A stretch of 64,000 bases of DNA, taken from IMG/VR virus record IMGVR_UViG_3300033463_000013, positions 96,001 to 160,000 of that record; one strand, 5' to 3'. Each line of letters begins with the position of its first letter. Position 1 is the first letter of the stretch. Positions 35,002 to 44,909 of this stretch are shown here, in pieces. Under the pieces are notes generated by a model. The model had not been told where the DNA came from. It searched no databases and saw only the letters and a program-made list of their open reading frames with translations. Source of the DNA: a virus (Duplodnaviria; Caudoviricetes). The position numbers and the translations under genes were made by a program.

Positions 35002-35997
35002 TTACATTAGTTGCTTTACCTCATCAATAAAGTATTCAACTAAGCTACTTTGTGAAGGAACTGCTTGACTTAGCTTAAAGTCTTCAGAGCCAAATACTCT
35101 CTTAATGATATCCTTCATAATTGCTAAGTGCTGATCCTTATTTTCTTCACCGCCAGCATCAAGATACTTAATCCATACTTCTTTAGCTTCAGCCATAACT
35201 TCCTGGAATGGACGATCTTTAATCTGAGCAATTTCAGTATGGTCAGTCACTTCTGCGCCATCTTTTTCAACTGCCATATCAATAGCATCACCAATGGCGT
35301 CAACTAATTCTTGATAACCAAATGGAATTTTTGGTTTTAGATACTGATAACGGCTTCCAGCAAATACAGTAGGAGTAGAACGAGTATATAAATAACGTTC
35401 TGATGTTCCATCCGGATTCATCTGTACTTGTAGGTATCCAATAATATCAACAATAGAGTTAATAATTGTATAACATTGATTTGGTAAATCTGGACAAACC
35501 GCAGTAATAGCTTCACCGTCTTCATCACGCATTTCAGTAGGCTTATCCTTACTGTGCGCAATAAATAGAATACCAAATCCTAATAGTGTTATTTCGCGCC
35601 AAAATTCTGAAAATTCTTGCTTTAGCATATTCCAACCCTGGCCCCAAGGCACATCGCGAATACTATCAACGTTTTCGCGCTGGCAGATATACTTCTCACA
35701 TAGCTGCCAAGCAATCGAGGCCGTATCCACCACAATAGTATCGTAAATTTCTTTTGCCTGTGGCTTACGCAACTGCGTAAGAACTTTCTTAGCATCAGTC
35801 CAACGAAGAATTGGTTGACTCTTAATACCTGCTAACGCATTAGTACCTTGTTCAAAATTCATGAACAATGCACGCGGTAGTTGACTACCGAAAGTTGACT
35901 TACCGGTTTTTGGCTGACCGTAAATCAATAGGAATTTACCCTTTAAATCTCTTGAAATCTTTGAGGGTTCCAAAGAGAAAATATCAATATCTGCCAT
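35002..35997 (-). CDS. AAA ATPase, Sak4-like recombination/annealing protein
   Basis: LLIYGQPKTGKST, IVVDT, LFIAH, VDIIGY; next to SSB. Confidence 0.8.
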   Translation of the reverse strand: MADIDIFSLEPSKISRDLKGKFLLIYGQPKTGKSTFGSQLPRALFMNFEQGTNALAGIKSQPILRWTDAKKVLTQLRKPQAKEIYDTIVVDTASIAWQLCEKYICQRENVDSIRDVPWGQGWNMLKQEFSEFWREITLLGFGILFIAHSKDKPTEMRDEDGEAITAVCPDLPNQCYTIINSIVDIIGYLQVQMNPDGTSERYLYTRSTPTVFAGSRYQYLKPKIPFGYQELVDAIGDAIDMAVEKDGAEVTDHTEIAQIKDRPFQEVMAEAKEVWIKYLDAGGEENKDQHLAIMKDIIKRVFGSEDFKLSQAVPSQSSLVEYFIDEVKQLM

Positions 35998-36131
35998 TTA
36001 GCTCTCCTCCTTTCATATGATGTCCGAGGTAGGGCATGAGCCAATTCTCATGCCCAATTCCTCTATCACATTGTAAGTTTTCAATTGCCAGGTGTGCTTT
36101 TAATCACTCCTACCACTGGATTGACTTACAA

Positions 36132-37037
36132 TTACTCCCAATCATACTTTTTAGAAGTAGCTTCTGCAGAGCCAGCGCTACCTGCACCCTGCTTGGAGGC
36201 AGTAGAACGAGCATTAATCTGCATTTGTTCAATAGCAGCCTTGCGCTCGTTAAACGCTTTCTTAATTTCAACTGGGTCATACGCAAAATCTTCTTCCTTG
36301 CACTCATCATCACCAGTAGTGATAATTAGTTCACGTACAAAACGAGTTGTAGTATCTGGAACATCTTCGCCCCAGCCGCTAGACTGGACTTCTTCTTCCT
36401 GAGAAAGAACACGAATACGACCCTTAACTGTTACTGTTCCATTTACTTCCCAGTTGCGAGAGATATATTCAACAGTATCTGGAGCTTCAACGATAAATTC
36501 AACAACATCAAGCTTTCCGCCATACTGAACAATACCACCCTTAACAATAAGACGACCCGTGGTATCGCCTTCACGATCCACTTCATCGTGCATATCCATA
36601 ATAAAAATATCAGTTACAAATGATGCTACAGGAGCGACCTTTGCTTCATTGATAAAGGAACCACGAATCTGCCAACCATTAATTAGCTGACCACTACGAG
36701 ATACAAAGTTATTTTCCTGTAGAGTCGCACCAGTCAAACGAACATTGGATGCATTATCAATACCAACATTCTGTGCAGTTTTCATCATCTTTAGATCATT
36801 TAGACTCTTCCAAGCAGGATTCTGCTTTCCAGTGGAAGTATACTCAGTTGCAAACATACCAACCTGAATATCACTTGTTTCTTCTTTTCCACCATAAGTT
36901 TGTGACACACGAATTGTTACTGTCGCGCGCTGATATGGACGACCATCAGCGAGTTTACCGTCGCCAAAGGCAACATCCAAGAGTTTTCCGGCAAGATTTA
37001 GTTTATTACCGGCCTGAATAGAAATATTTTTACTCAT
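36132..37037 (-). CDS. Phage single-stranded DNA-binding protein (putative)
   Basis: Two OB-fold-like beta-rich halves and an acidic/aromatic tail (KKYDWE); next to the Sak4-like ATPase. Confidence 0.65.
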   Translation of the reverse strand: MSKNISIQAGNKLNLAGKLLDVAFGDGKLADGRPYQRATVTIRVSQTYGGKEETSDIQVGMFATEYTSTGKQNPAWKSLNDLKMMKTAQNVGIDNASNVRLTGATLQENNFVSRSGQLINGWQIRGSFINEAKVAPVASFVTDIFIMDMHDEVDREGDTTGRLIVKGGIVQYGGKLDVVEFIVEAPDTVEYISRNWEVNGTVTVKGRIRVLSQEEEVQSSGWGEDVPDTTTRFVRELIITTGDDECKEEDFAYDPVEIKKAFNERKAAIEQMQINARSTASKQGAGSAGSAEATSKKYDWE

Positions 37038-37082
37038 TTTACATTTCTCCTTTTACTTTTTACTTTTGCTTCGATTTGTTAA

Positions 37083-37451
37083 TTAAAATTCTGCTTCTGC
37101 TTCCTTTGCAGCCTTAGCCGCTTCCTTGGCAGCCTTCTTTGCTTCCTTCTCTGCTGCTTTCTTAGCAGCCTTTTCAGCTTCTTCAGCTACTGGATCATAT
37201 GCAAGACCTTCTTCAGTTAGAGTATGATATTTCACAACCTTGGTCTTAGCCTTGCGAGTCTCAGTAGCAGGCTCTAGTTCAACAGTTTCTTCACGGGTAA
37301 TCTTGGTATATCCTTTCTTTTCAAGTGGATTAATACTACCAATAACGGCACTTAGTGAAATACCTAGTGCTTCAGAAATTTCTTTTTTAGAATACTCGTT
37401 TCCATAATGTTCTTTTAAAAAGTTTAGTACACGTTCAGAATTAATTGTCAT
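37083..37451 (-). CDS. Winged-helix DNA-binding protein with Ala/Lys/Glu-rich tail
   Basis: YSKKEISEALGISLSAVIGSINPLEKKGY...LTEEG; (K/E)AAK repeats. Confidence 0.75.
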   Translation of the reverse strand: MTINSERVLNFLKEHYGNEYSKKEISEALGISLSAVIGSINPLEKKGYTKITREETVELEPATETRKAKTKVVKYHTLTEEGLAYDPVAEEAEKAAKKAAEKEAKKAAKEAAKAAKEAEAEF

Positions 37452-37550
37452 AATACATTTCTCCTTTTGTTATAAATTTTTGATTAGATGATTCATATTA
37501 TTTTTTATTATTTATATCCCACTCATGGGTTTCTCATCTTTTCTACATAT

Positions 37551-37579
37551 ATTATACTATGAATTTTCAAAATAATCAA
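37551..37579 (-). promoter_or_regulatory. sigmaA-type promoter
   Basis: TTGATT-17 bp-TATAAT. Confidence 0.65.
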
Positions 37580-37583
37580 ATAT

Positions 37584-37976
37584 TTAATTATTATCTTCAA
37601 TTATAAAAATTTTTTCAGCTATTTCTTGGGCCTCTTCATCATTTCCGCTTTCATCAAGTACTTTTTGGAGTCTTGGCGCCAAATCTTTTTCATAACCTTC
37701 GATAGCTTTATGTAAGGCAGAGACTTTATCCTTTAAATTATTAGAAACGATTAATGTGCCAACTAACAATTTAGCATATTCATTTTTAGTTAAAACACCA
37801 TCAAAATCTGGTTCTTCTAATTTATCTCTAAGATTTTCAAAGTCATCGCGCATGGTCTTCGCGGTTTCAAAGCCTTTTTCATCATTCTTTGATTTATCAT
37901 AATCCATTACTTGTTCTGCAGAAATTGCAGTAACTCTAGCTATTTCTTTGAATAGCTGCATATATCTTTTATCCAT
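37584..37976 (-). CDS. Hypothetical protein, 130 aa
   Basis: ORF overlapping the gyrA stop, GGAG RBS. Confidence 0.7.
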   Translation of the reverse strand: MDKRYMQLFKEIARVTAISAEQVMDYDKSKNDEKGFETAKTMRDDFENLRDKLEEPDFDGVLTKNEYAKLLVGTLIVSNNLKDKVSALHKAIEGYEKDLAPRLQKVLDESGNDEEAQEIAEKIFIIEDNN

Positions 37977-40053
37977 TTTTAACTCCTTTTACCGCTCGAC
38001 CGGTAATTTTATAATTATTATCGCCTACCCATTTAGCTTCTTTAACATATCCTTTTTCATCTAATTTAATGGCTTTTACACCTTTAGTGGTGCGTCCTGT
38101 ATAATTAATATCACTTATGGGATAGCAATTATAATAATCATTATTGCTAATAATAACAACTTTATCATCTTCATCACTACTAAGTATAACTGCAACTAGT
38201 GAATCATCATCTTCAAGTTTTATTACAGCAGTACCTTTTTTAGAACGAACACCATATTCAGCAATATGACTTTTTTTAATATAGCCATTTCGTGTAATAC
38301 AAGTTAAAGATTTATAAGCATTAAAACTAAGTGTATCAATTAACAGGCGCGGATGTTCTCCTTTAATTTCAAATACTTCATTTATCTTATATTCCTTACC
38401 AAGTTTTAATTTACTAAGTGTAGCATTATACATTTTGCCTGTATCAGTAATAAGGGTTAATGAACCAAGATTCGTACCATATAGAATTTCTTGTGGCCTT
38501 GCACCTTTTAATGTCGTTAATGGCATTTCTACTAATTTAATATTACCATTAGTATATTTAAAGATTGCTATATCTTGTTCTTTAATTTCTTCTGGTTCCC
38601 CATCTTCGCTAATTGTATTAGTAATTCGTGTCCGTCTATTGTCGCCAAAGCGTTTAGATACATTCTCAAGAATTGTTATAAGCTTTTCATCTAGGGCGGT
38701 AGGCTCAGATAATAGGTAGCGACAGTCAGCAATAAAACTTCTTTTTTCTGCTAACTCATCATTTAATTTTACGCCGTCAAGCCGGCATAAAGACGATAGC
38801 TTCATAGCAAGAATGGCATCAACTTGTTCTTTATTAAATCCATACTTAGCTATCAATGCTTTTGCTGCTTCACCTGGATTATCACTACCTTTTATAATTG
38901 CAACGATGTCATCAATATTTGCTATTGCAAGCAATAATCCTTCAATAATATTCTCACGGGCAAGTGCTTTATCAAGTTCAAACTGGATGATATTTCGTTC
39001 ACATTCTCTAATGTGTTCAATATAGGCATTACAGGCTTCGCGCCATCCAAATACTTTTGGAAAACGTCCTTTATCAAGTAATACCATATTAATGGAAAAC
39101 CAATTTTCCAATGAAGTGTCATGATAAAGTTTAGCCATCATCTTATTGGGATTTACACCCTTACTAAGATAAATACGAATATCGGCAGTTTTCTTAGTAT
39201 GATCAATTACTTTATCAATACCATAATCTGGTTCATCCTGCGTGAGCTGTGCCAGTTGATCAATTACTGTGTTTGTGAATACACTATATGGAAGTTCAGT
39301 AGCTTGAATCATATGTTCAGCAGGATTATAAGTTAGGTTAGCGCGGATACGAATAGATTTGCCCTTTCCCAGTCTTAGACTTTCTTTAACTTCATTACTA
39401 TTAGTGATTGTACCACCAGTAGCAAAATCTGGAGCACAATATATCTCATCAAATGAAGCATTAGGATTATTGATTAATTTAATAAGTGCATTATTTACTT
39501 CTTTAAGATTGAACTGGGGTACAGAAGTAGCCATAGCGACCGCAATTCCGGAACAGCCATTGACAATATTCCAATACCCAATACTAGGAAACACAGAAGG
39601 TATTTGCTCCGAATCGTCATAATTCCAATACCATTCCTTAATAGCATTTTTCTTTAATCCATCAAATAAGAAATCGGATATTTCACTCGCACGCATCTCT
39701 ACATAGCGCGCGGCCGCGTGGGAATCTGGAGAAGAAGGATTTCCATAACTGCCTTGCACATCTTCAAGAGGATAATGTGTAGACCAAGGACGAGCTGCAC
39801 GAATAAGAGCATCATACATTGCCGCATCGCCATGTACATAACTCTGAGTCATAGCCGCGGCGACAGACTTTTGTGCTTTTTGAAACTTATCTTTATGAGT
39901 AAGTTTATTTGTATATTGTGCATACAAACCTTGACGAAGACCAATTTTAAGCATATCGCGCACGTCTGGAATTGCACGTTCTTGTGCAACTGATGCTGCA
40001 TACTTTAAGAAGGCTTCTTCAGTTGTCTTTTGAAAATCTACTTCTTTAATCAT
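37969..40053 (-). CDS. gyrA: Type IIA topoisomerase A subunit (GyrA/ParC-like)
   Basis: RAIPDVRDMLK, YVHGD, AAARYVE (catalytic Tyr), NGCSGIAVAMAT, PDFATGG, partial C-terminal pinwheel repeats. Confidence 0.92.
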   Translation of the reverse strand: MIKEVDFQKTTEEAFLKYAASVAQERAIPDVRDMLKIGLRQGLYAQYTNKLTHKDKFQKAQKSVAAAMTQSYVHGDAAMYDALIRAARPWSTHYPLEDVQGSYGNPSSPDSHAAARYVEMRASEISDFLFDGLKKNAIKEWYWNYDDSEQIPSVFPSIGYWNIVNGCSGIAVAMATSVPQFNLKEVNNALIKLINNPNASFDEIYCAPDFATGGTITNSNEVKESLRLGKGKSIRIRANLTYNPAEHMIQATELPYSVFTNTVIDQLAQLTQDEPDYGIDKVIDHTKKTADIRIYLSKGVNPNKMMAKLYHDTSLENWFSINMVLLDKGRFPKVFGWREACNAYIEHIRECERNIIQFELDKALARENIIEGLLLAIANIDDIVAIIKGSDNPGEAAKALIAKYGFNKEQVDAILAMKLSSLCRLDGVKLNDELAEKRSFIADCRYLLSEPTALDEKLITILENVSKRFGDNRRTRITNTISEDGEPEEIKEQDIAIFKYTNGNIKLVEMPLTTLKGARPQEILYGTNLGSLTLITDTGKMYNATLSKLKLGKEYKINEVFEIKGEHPRLLIDTLSFNAYKSLTCITRNGYIKKSHIAEYGVRSKKGTAVIKLEDDDSLVAVILSSDEDDKVVIISNNDYYNCYPISDINYTGRTTKGVKAIKLDEKGYVKEAKWVGDNNYKITGRAVKGVKNG

Positions 40054-40063
40054 AATTTCACCT

Positions 40064-40372
40064 TTAATTATTTTTTATTCTATAATATTCTTCATCAAAC
40101 TTTTTAGTTTTACTTATATGTTTATCTAAAAATTTTGACGCTGCTTTTTTAGTATAATGAATAAATGGAATATTACAGCCATTTTCAATTTGTCGTATAC
40201 GAAATAATTGAAGGTCGGTTGGGCGTTCATTAATTTGATTACTTTCTGTCATTATTTCAAATTGTTTTTGAGGAAATTGCCCACGCAAATTTCTACAAAT
40301 CAATTCTGCATGTAATTCTCCTTCATAAATTGCTTCAATTTTATTATCTGTAATATTAATTACATAGTTCAT
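40064..40372 (-). CDS. Hypothetical protein between the topoisomerase subunits
   Basis: ORF with GAGGG RBS. Confidence 0.6.
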   Translation of the reverse strand: MNYVINITDNKIEAIYEGELHAELICRNLRGQFPQKQFEIMTESNQINERPTDLQLFRIRQIENGCNIPFIHYTKKAASKFLDKHISKTKKFDEEYYRIKNN

Positions 40373-40380
40373 ATTATCCC

Positions 40381-42246
40381 TCAATTATTCAATATATTAA
40401 AATCAACATTATCAAATAAGAAATCTCTTCTATCTTCTACTTCAGTTCCCATTAACATTTTTAATGATTCGCGCGCGGCTTCAGCGTCACGAATTGTAAG
40501 AATTTCTAGGCGTCTATCTTTAGGATTCATCATAGACATTTCCATATCTTCTGAATTTAGCTCGCCCAATCCTTTTGCGCGGGTAATAGTCCAATTTTCA
40601 CGCCCAACTTTAACTTTTGCTAACTCTTCATCATCATAGGCAAATACTTTTTCTTTGCCTTTTTCTAACTTATACAAAGGTGCGCGCAACCAACACAACC
40701 TACCTTCTTCAATGAATTTAGGCATAAGCACATAAAACATTGTAGCAATCAAGCACATAATTGCATATCCATCTACGTCAGCATCTGTTGCGATAGCAAC
40801 CTTACCATAGTTTAGTTTCTTACTATTATATTTATCCTGAATACCGCATCCAAGCGCGAGAATAATATCACTTACTTCTTGATTCTCTAAACATTCTTCA
40901 AGCGGATGTTTCATCAAGTTCTTTACTTTACCACGGACAGCATACAGTGCTTCAGTTTTGACGTCCCTAGCAGGCATAAGCCCACCAAGAGCAGAATTAC
41001 CCTCACTAATAATAAGCATTGATTCCTGGCCATGCTTTTCACAGTCTTTAAATTTATCGGAAGTATTAACTTTACGCTTTTTCTGCTCTACTTCCTTTTT
41101 TTCCATATTCATTACTGCTTCACGTGCCTTCTCAGCAGCGGCTTCCGCCTTTTCAATTTTAGTCAGCATTTCTACTATTGCATTAAATTCACTTGCATAT
41201 AATGTGTTCATTTCTTTAAGTGCATTAGTGAAAGCTGTTGACGCTAATGTACGAAGTGAAGCATTGTTAATTTTTGATTTAGTTTGATTAGCGAATGATG
41301 GGTTTTCTACTTTACAGTTAATAACATAAAATAGATTCTTACGGATATTTTCTCCGTCAAATGAAGCGTCAGCAAGAGAATTAAATGTTTTTGTAATAGC
41401 AGTTTTTGCGCCAGTAATAGGTGAACCACCTTCTGGACAACGTAAGCCATTTACAAATACATATGCAGTTTCATGTTTTGTTCCCCATTGAAATGCAATC
41501 TCAAGACTGTCAGTTCCATCACTTGCAGAACCTGTAATAATATGTTTATGTAATGGTTTTTTCACCATAGTAGATACAAAATCATTTATACCATTTTTCG
41601 CGCAAAAAGTTTGACTTTGAGTACCATCAGAGACTACGAATTCAATTCCAGGATATAAATATGAAATATTTTGAATATCTTCACAGATTCTATTATATTC
41701 ATATCCAATCTTTCCATTACAGAAAACTATTGGATCTGGAATAAAATAAATATCTGTTCCTGTCTTAACATTCTTAGCTGATGCTTCTTTATAAGTGTCA
41801 AGAATACCTTGATTAAAAGTAGCGGTTGCTTTTTTTCCATCTCTGTAACTTGTTACTTCAAATCTAGTAGAGGAAAGACATACACATGAACCACCAATTC
41901 CATTTAATCCTGAAGAGTTTTTATATGCACTATGATCAAATTTTCCACCAGTATGAGATTTTGTATAGATAGAAACAAGTACATTTTCGCCATCTTCACG
42001 TTTACCAAAAGGAACACCACGGCCATAATCACGCACACGAATTCCATTAGTTGATGTATCAAGCGTAATTTCAATACGTTTGCCATGTCCTGCTAGAGCT
42101 TCATCTGTACTATTATTAATAATTTCCTTTAAGGCTTGATATGTTCCTTCAATATCGTCTGAACCAAGATACATATTTATTCTGGTGCGAACGCCTTCAC
42201 GGAAATTCAAACTCTGAATTGAGTTAATATCATATGTTTCTGACAT
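40381..42246 (-). CDS. gyrB: Type IIA topoisomerase B subunit (GyrB/ParE-like)
   Basis: EIINNSTDE, DYGRGVP, HTGGKF, GLNGIG, EGNSA, VRGK, TDADVDG, KGLGE. Confidence 0.93.
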   Translation of the reverse strand: MSETYDINSIQSLNFREGVRTRINMYLGSDDIEGTYQALKEIINNSTDEALAGHGKRIEITLDTSTNGIRVRDYGRGVPFGKREDGENVLVSIYTKSHTGGKFDHSAYKNSSGLNGIGGSCVCLSSTRFEVTSYRDGKKATATFNQGILDTYKEASAKNVKTGTDIYFIPDPIVFCNGKIGYEYNRICEDIQNISYLYPGIEFVVSDGTQSQTFCAKNGINDFVSTMVKKPLHKHIITGSASDGTDSLEIAFQWGTKHETAYVFVNGLRCPEGGSPITGAKTAITKTFNSLADASFDGENIRKNLFYVINCKVENPSFANQTKSKINNASLRTLASTAFTNALKEMNTLYASEFNAIVEMLTKIEKAEAAAEKAREAVMNMEKKEVEQKKRKVNTSDKFKDCEKHGQESMLIISEGNSALGGLMPARDVKTEALYAVRGKVKNLMKHPLEECLENQEVSDIILALGCGIQDKYNSKKLNYGKVAIATDADVDGYAIMCLIATMFYVLMPKFIEEGRLCWLRAPLYKLEKGKEKVFAYDDEELAKVKVGRENWTITRAKGLGELNSEDMEMSMMNPKDRRLEILTIRDAEAARESLKMLMGTEVEDRRDFLFDNVDFNILNN

Positions 42247-42273
42247 ATCTTCGCCTCCTTTTCTTTACATTTT

Positions 42274-42302
42274 ATTATAACATAAATTGAACTAGAAGTC
42301 AA
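42274..42302 (-). promoter_or_regulatory. sigmaA-type promoter for gyrB
   Basis: TTGACT-17 bp-TATAAT with TG extension. Confidence 0.75.
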
Positions 42303-42826
42303 ACTTCTAGTTCTTCAAAAATTAAATCTTTTGGTAGAAAATTGCGACATAGATAAAAAGAACCAAAACTTACACCCTTCTGTACTTCTTTTTTCTGTAA
42401 GTCAGTATAATAGTTAATACGTTTATCAAAAATTAAAGCTTGGCAATCTTTCATGTATGGAAATCTTTTTTGTCCTTGTAGTGAAGGAATTGGAAGTAGC
42501 ATTGCATAAGGTTTATTTAATTCATAAAGATGTTTAATAATATCATCTTTAATTGAGAATGGTGGATTAGAAACAATTACATCATAATGTTCCGTTGGTT
42601 CATATTCAAAGAAATTTTCACCGGTATCAATATGAGTAGCAATTACTTTATTACCATTAGCGCGAATAAGTTTAACAAATTCACTATCATTCATATCAAA
42701 TGGACACCAAACTATATCAGTAGGTTTAATATATTTAACTATTGGTTTAACCGCATAAGCCGGAGTATAAACTTCGTCTGATGCTTTATCAGTTTTAGCT
42801 GTTAAGTATCCTTTATTTAAAGCCAT
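42299..42826 (-). CDS. N6-adenine DNA methyltransferase (small, NPPF type)
   Basis: DEVYTP, VWCPFD, VIVSNPPFS. Confidence 0.82.
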   Translation of the reverse strand: MALNKGYLTAKTDKASDEVYTPAYAVKPIVKYIKPTDIVWCPFDMNDSEFVKLIRANGNKVIATHIDTGENFFEYEPTEHYDVIVSNPPFSIKDDIIKHLYELNKPYAMLLPIPSLQGQKRFPYMKDCQALIFDKRINYYTDLQKKEVQKGVSFGSFYLCRNFLPKDLIFEELEV

Positions 42827-42830
42827 AATA

Positions 42831-43250
42831 TCACTCCATAATTTGATAGTCGCATCCATCAACACTTTTGATATAATCGAGCATATCTTTATATTCAGGT
42901 TTAGAAAACCAAGGACTAAGAAGATATGTATAAGTTACCTTTTCTGCGCCGATAGCTTTACCAATTTTTCTAAATTGAAAGATTTTAAAAGCACAAGTCT
43001 GAGGCTTTTCATCCGCAGAACCCGCGACCTGCTGAAATTTCTTCTCATAAATTTTTAGTTCTTTAGTATTTTCATCAAAGTAGGCTTCATCTGGAAGCAA
43101 TTTTTTACTGATTACATCATTCCACTTAATACCAAGTTTATCCATATATTTATATAGATTATGTTTAGTAAGATTAATTCCAGTAGTATTAATTTGAACC
43201 TGTTTTTCAAATTTAGCTCCGGTAGTAGTATCTCTAGATGCGCGAGTCAT
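42831..43250 (-). CDS. PD-(D/E)XK nuclease, probable type II restriction endonuclease partner
   Basis: TGAKFE, LLPDEAY, IYEKKFQQVAGSADEK; directly upstream of the MTase. Confidence 0.65.
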   Translation of the reverse strand: MTRASRDTTTGAKFEKQVQINTTGINLTKHNLYKYMDKLGIKWNDVISKKLLPDEAYFDENTKELKIYEKKFQQVAGSADEKPQTCAFKIFQFRKIGKAIGAEKVTYTYLLSPWFSKPEYKDMLDYIKSVDGCDYQIME

Positions 43251-43279
43251 AAAATCATCCTCTCATATTTTCTACAATA

Positions 43280-43307
43280 ATTATATCATAAATTTTATTA
43301 AAGTCAA
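43280..43307 (-). promoter_or_regulatory. sigmaA-type promoter for the nuclease-MTase pair
   Basis: TTGACT-16 bp-TATAAT with TG extension. Confidence 0.65.
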
Positions 43308-44330
43308 TTATTTATATTTTTTAATATAATTTTCAATTACTGCTCTACGTTTAGTAACTCCACTGGCGCTAAGATCATTTCCTCGACCAGAACTAAAATT
43401 CTCAATAATATCAACAAAAATCTTTTCAATTTGATCTGGTGTCAATTCTGAATGATTATAAAAACCTTCAATAATAAATGGAAAAATAGTTTTCCAACTT
43501 TGATTTTTAATAATTCTTTCAATTCCAGGAATCTTATTAATTGTATCAATTACTTTTTCGCGTTGAGCTACTAAATAATTAATATTTTCAAATTCATGAT
43601 AATATTTTTCTAGTGATTGTTGTTGTAAGTCACGATTGGTAGGTGAAGAAATTAATAGTAGCATACGAATAATTGCTCCTTCTAATTCTTCTTGCTTCAC
43701 TTTTGTAAAGGATGTTTTTGAAAATTGCGGCATTTCTAGAATTAATTCTGAATAATCAGTGCGCATATAATAGTAACTAGCAAGTCCTTTTGCAAGACTA
43801 GAAAGAGCAGTACCATTATTAATTTTACGGAAAAGTAAAATTTGTTCTTGACGAGTTAAATTACTATATTTAGCTACAGTAATTTGAGTATTTAAAATCA
43901 TACCCTGCGTATCAGCAGGAAATTCTGAGAAGAATACTTCATTAGGTAATTTACTTAATCCTTTTTGCGCCATTTTATATTCAAATAGAAATTGTAGTCT
44001 TTCATTTGCCATTGAACGCTTTAATGGAATTTTATCATCTAAGATATTAAATAAGCAAGTAAAACGTTGACGCCCATCACAAACTTGCCATTTTAGATCA
44101 TTCTCTACCAGTGCGTGAAATTCTGGAATGCGTACCTGAAGTAGCAGAGTGTCAAATAGTTCTTGTTCTTGTGCATTTGTCCATACATATTTACGTTGCA
44201 TATCCATATCTAGATTGATATAACCTTTTTTCATTTGCTCCCAAACATAACGCAAATCATATGAATTTGAAGCACATTTTTGTGAAAAATCATGTTGTAG
44301 TTGTAGATATTCATCATATAAGTTACTCAT
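43308..44330 (-). CDS. DUF262 (ParB/Srx-like, GmrSD N-terminal type) domain protein
   Basis: MQRKYVW, VCDGRQRFT, LFRKINNG match the DUF262 QR / DGQQR / FxxxN signature. Confidence 0.8.
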   Translation of the reverse strand: MSNLYDEYLQLQHDFSQKCASNSYDLRYVWEQMKKGYINLDMDMQRKYVWTNAQEQELFDTLLLQVRIPEFHALVENDLKWQVCDGRQRFTCLFNILDDKIPLKRSMANERLQFLFEYKMAQKGLSKLPNEVFFSEFPADTQGMILNTQITVAKYSNLTRQEQILLFRKINNGTALSSLAKGLASYYYMRTDYSELILEMPQFSKTSFTKVKQEELEGAIIRMLLLISSPTNRDLQQQSLEKYYHEFENINYLVAQREKVIDTINKIPGIERIIKNQSWKTIFPFIIEGFYNHSELTPDQIEKIFVDIIENFSSGRGNDLSASGVTKRRAVIENYIKKYK

Positions 44331-44340
44331 AATGTCTCCT

Positions 44341-44532
44341 TTATTTTTCTTTACTAATTAAATTTATATATGGAAAAGTATCTGTTTCTGTAAATGGAAA
44401 ACAAATATATTTCTTTAATTCAATACCAATACATTGCTCATTTGCTTCAATAAAACCCATATAATCATTAATACATATTGGTAAATCTGGATCATATTTA
44501 GATAATTCAGTTATTAAATCATTAACAGTCAT
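44341..44532 (-). CDS. Hypothetical phage protein, 63 aa
   Basis: MTVNDLITELSKYDPDLPI N-terminus typical of small phage proteins. Confidence 0.65.
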   Translation of the reverse strand: MTVNDLITELSKYDPDLPICINDYMGFIEANEQCIGIELKKYICFPFTETDTFPYINLISKEK

Positions 44533-44533
44533 A

Positions 44534-44827
44534 TTATTCCTCCAGGGTAATACTCATACCTTCAAGTTTAGTTCCATCAAAATCGGAATCTAAAAGCTCT
44601 TGAATTACATCTGCAACCTTATGGATATATAGCGGACGACTATTATCATAATTACCATACATCATATCATTCCAATCAAGAATAGTGAGGTCTGAAATTC
44701 CGTATGCATCTGCTTTTGTATATAGCGCACGCTTATTTACAGTAAGCACTTGAGCATTAGCTTTAAATGCCTCTTGAAGAAATTCTTTTGTTTTACCTGT
44801 TCCGGCTGGACGAGCAATAATTTTCAT
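44534..44827 (-). CDS. Small P-loop-containing protein
   Basis: MKIIARPAGTGKT; GAGGT RBS. Confidence 0.65.
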   Translation of the reverse strand: MKIIARPAGTGKTKEFLQEAFKANAQVLTVNKRALYTKADAYGISDLTILDWNDMMYGNYDNSRPLYIHKVADVIQELLDSDFDGTKLEGMSITLEE

Positions 44828-44849
44828 AAAAATTACCTCTTTTTCTTTT

Positions 44850-44878
44850 ATTATATCATAAATTTTAATTTTAGTCAA
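44850..44878 (-). promoter_or_regulatory. sigmaA-type promoter
   Basis: TTGACT-17 bp-TATAAT with TG extension. Confidence 0.75.
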
Positions 44879-44909
44879 ATTTTTATTTGTTGGCGTTTAC
44901 GCCAACCAT

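Noticed and set aside
36000-36131. Suppressor tRNA in the structured intergenic region
   Set aside because: No cloverleaf, T-loop GTTC or CUA anticodon loop; it folds as two long hairpins.
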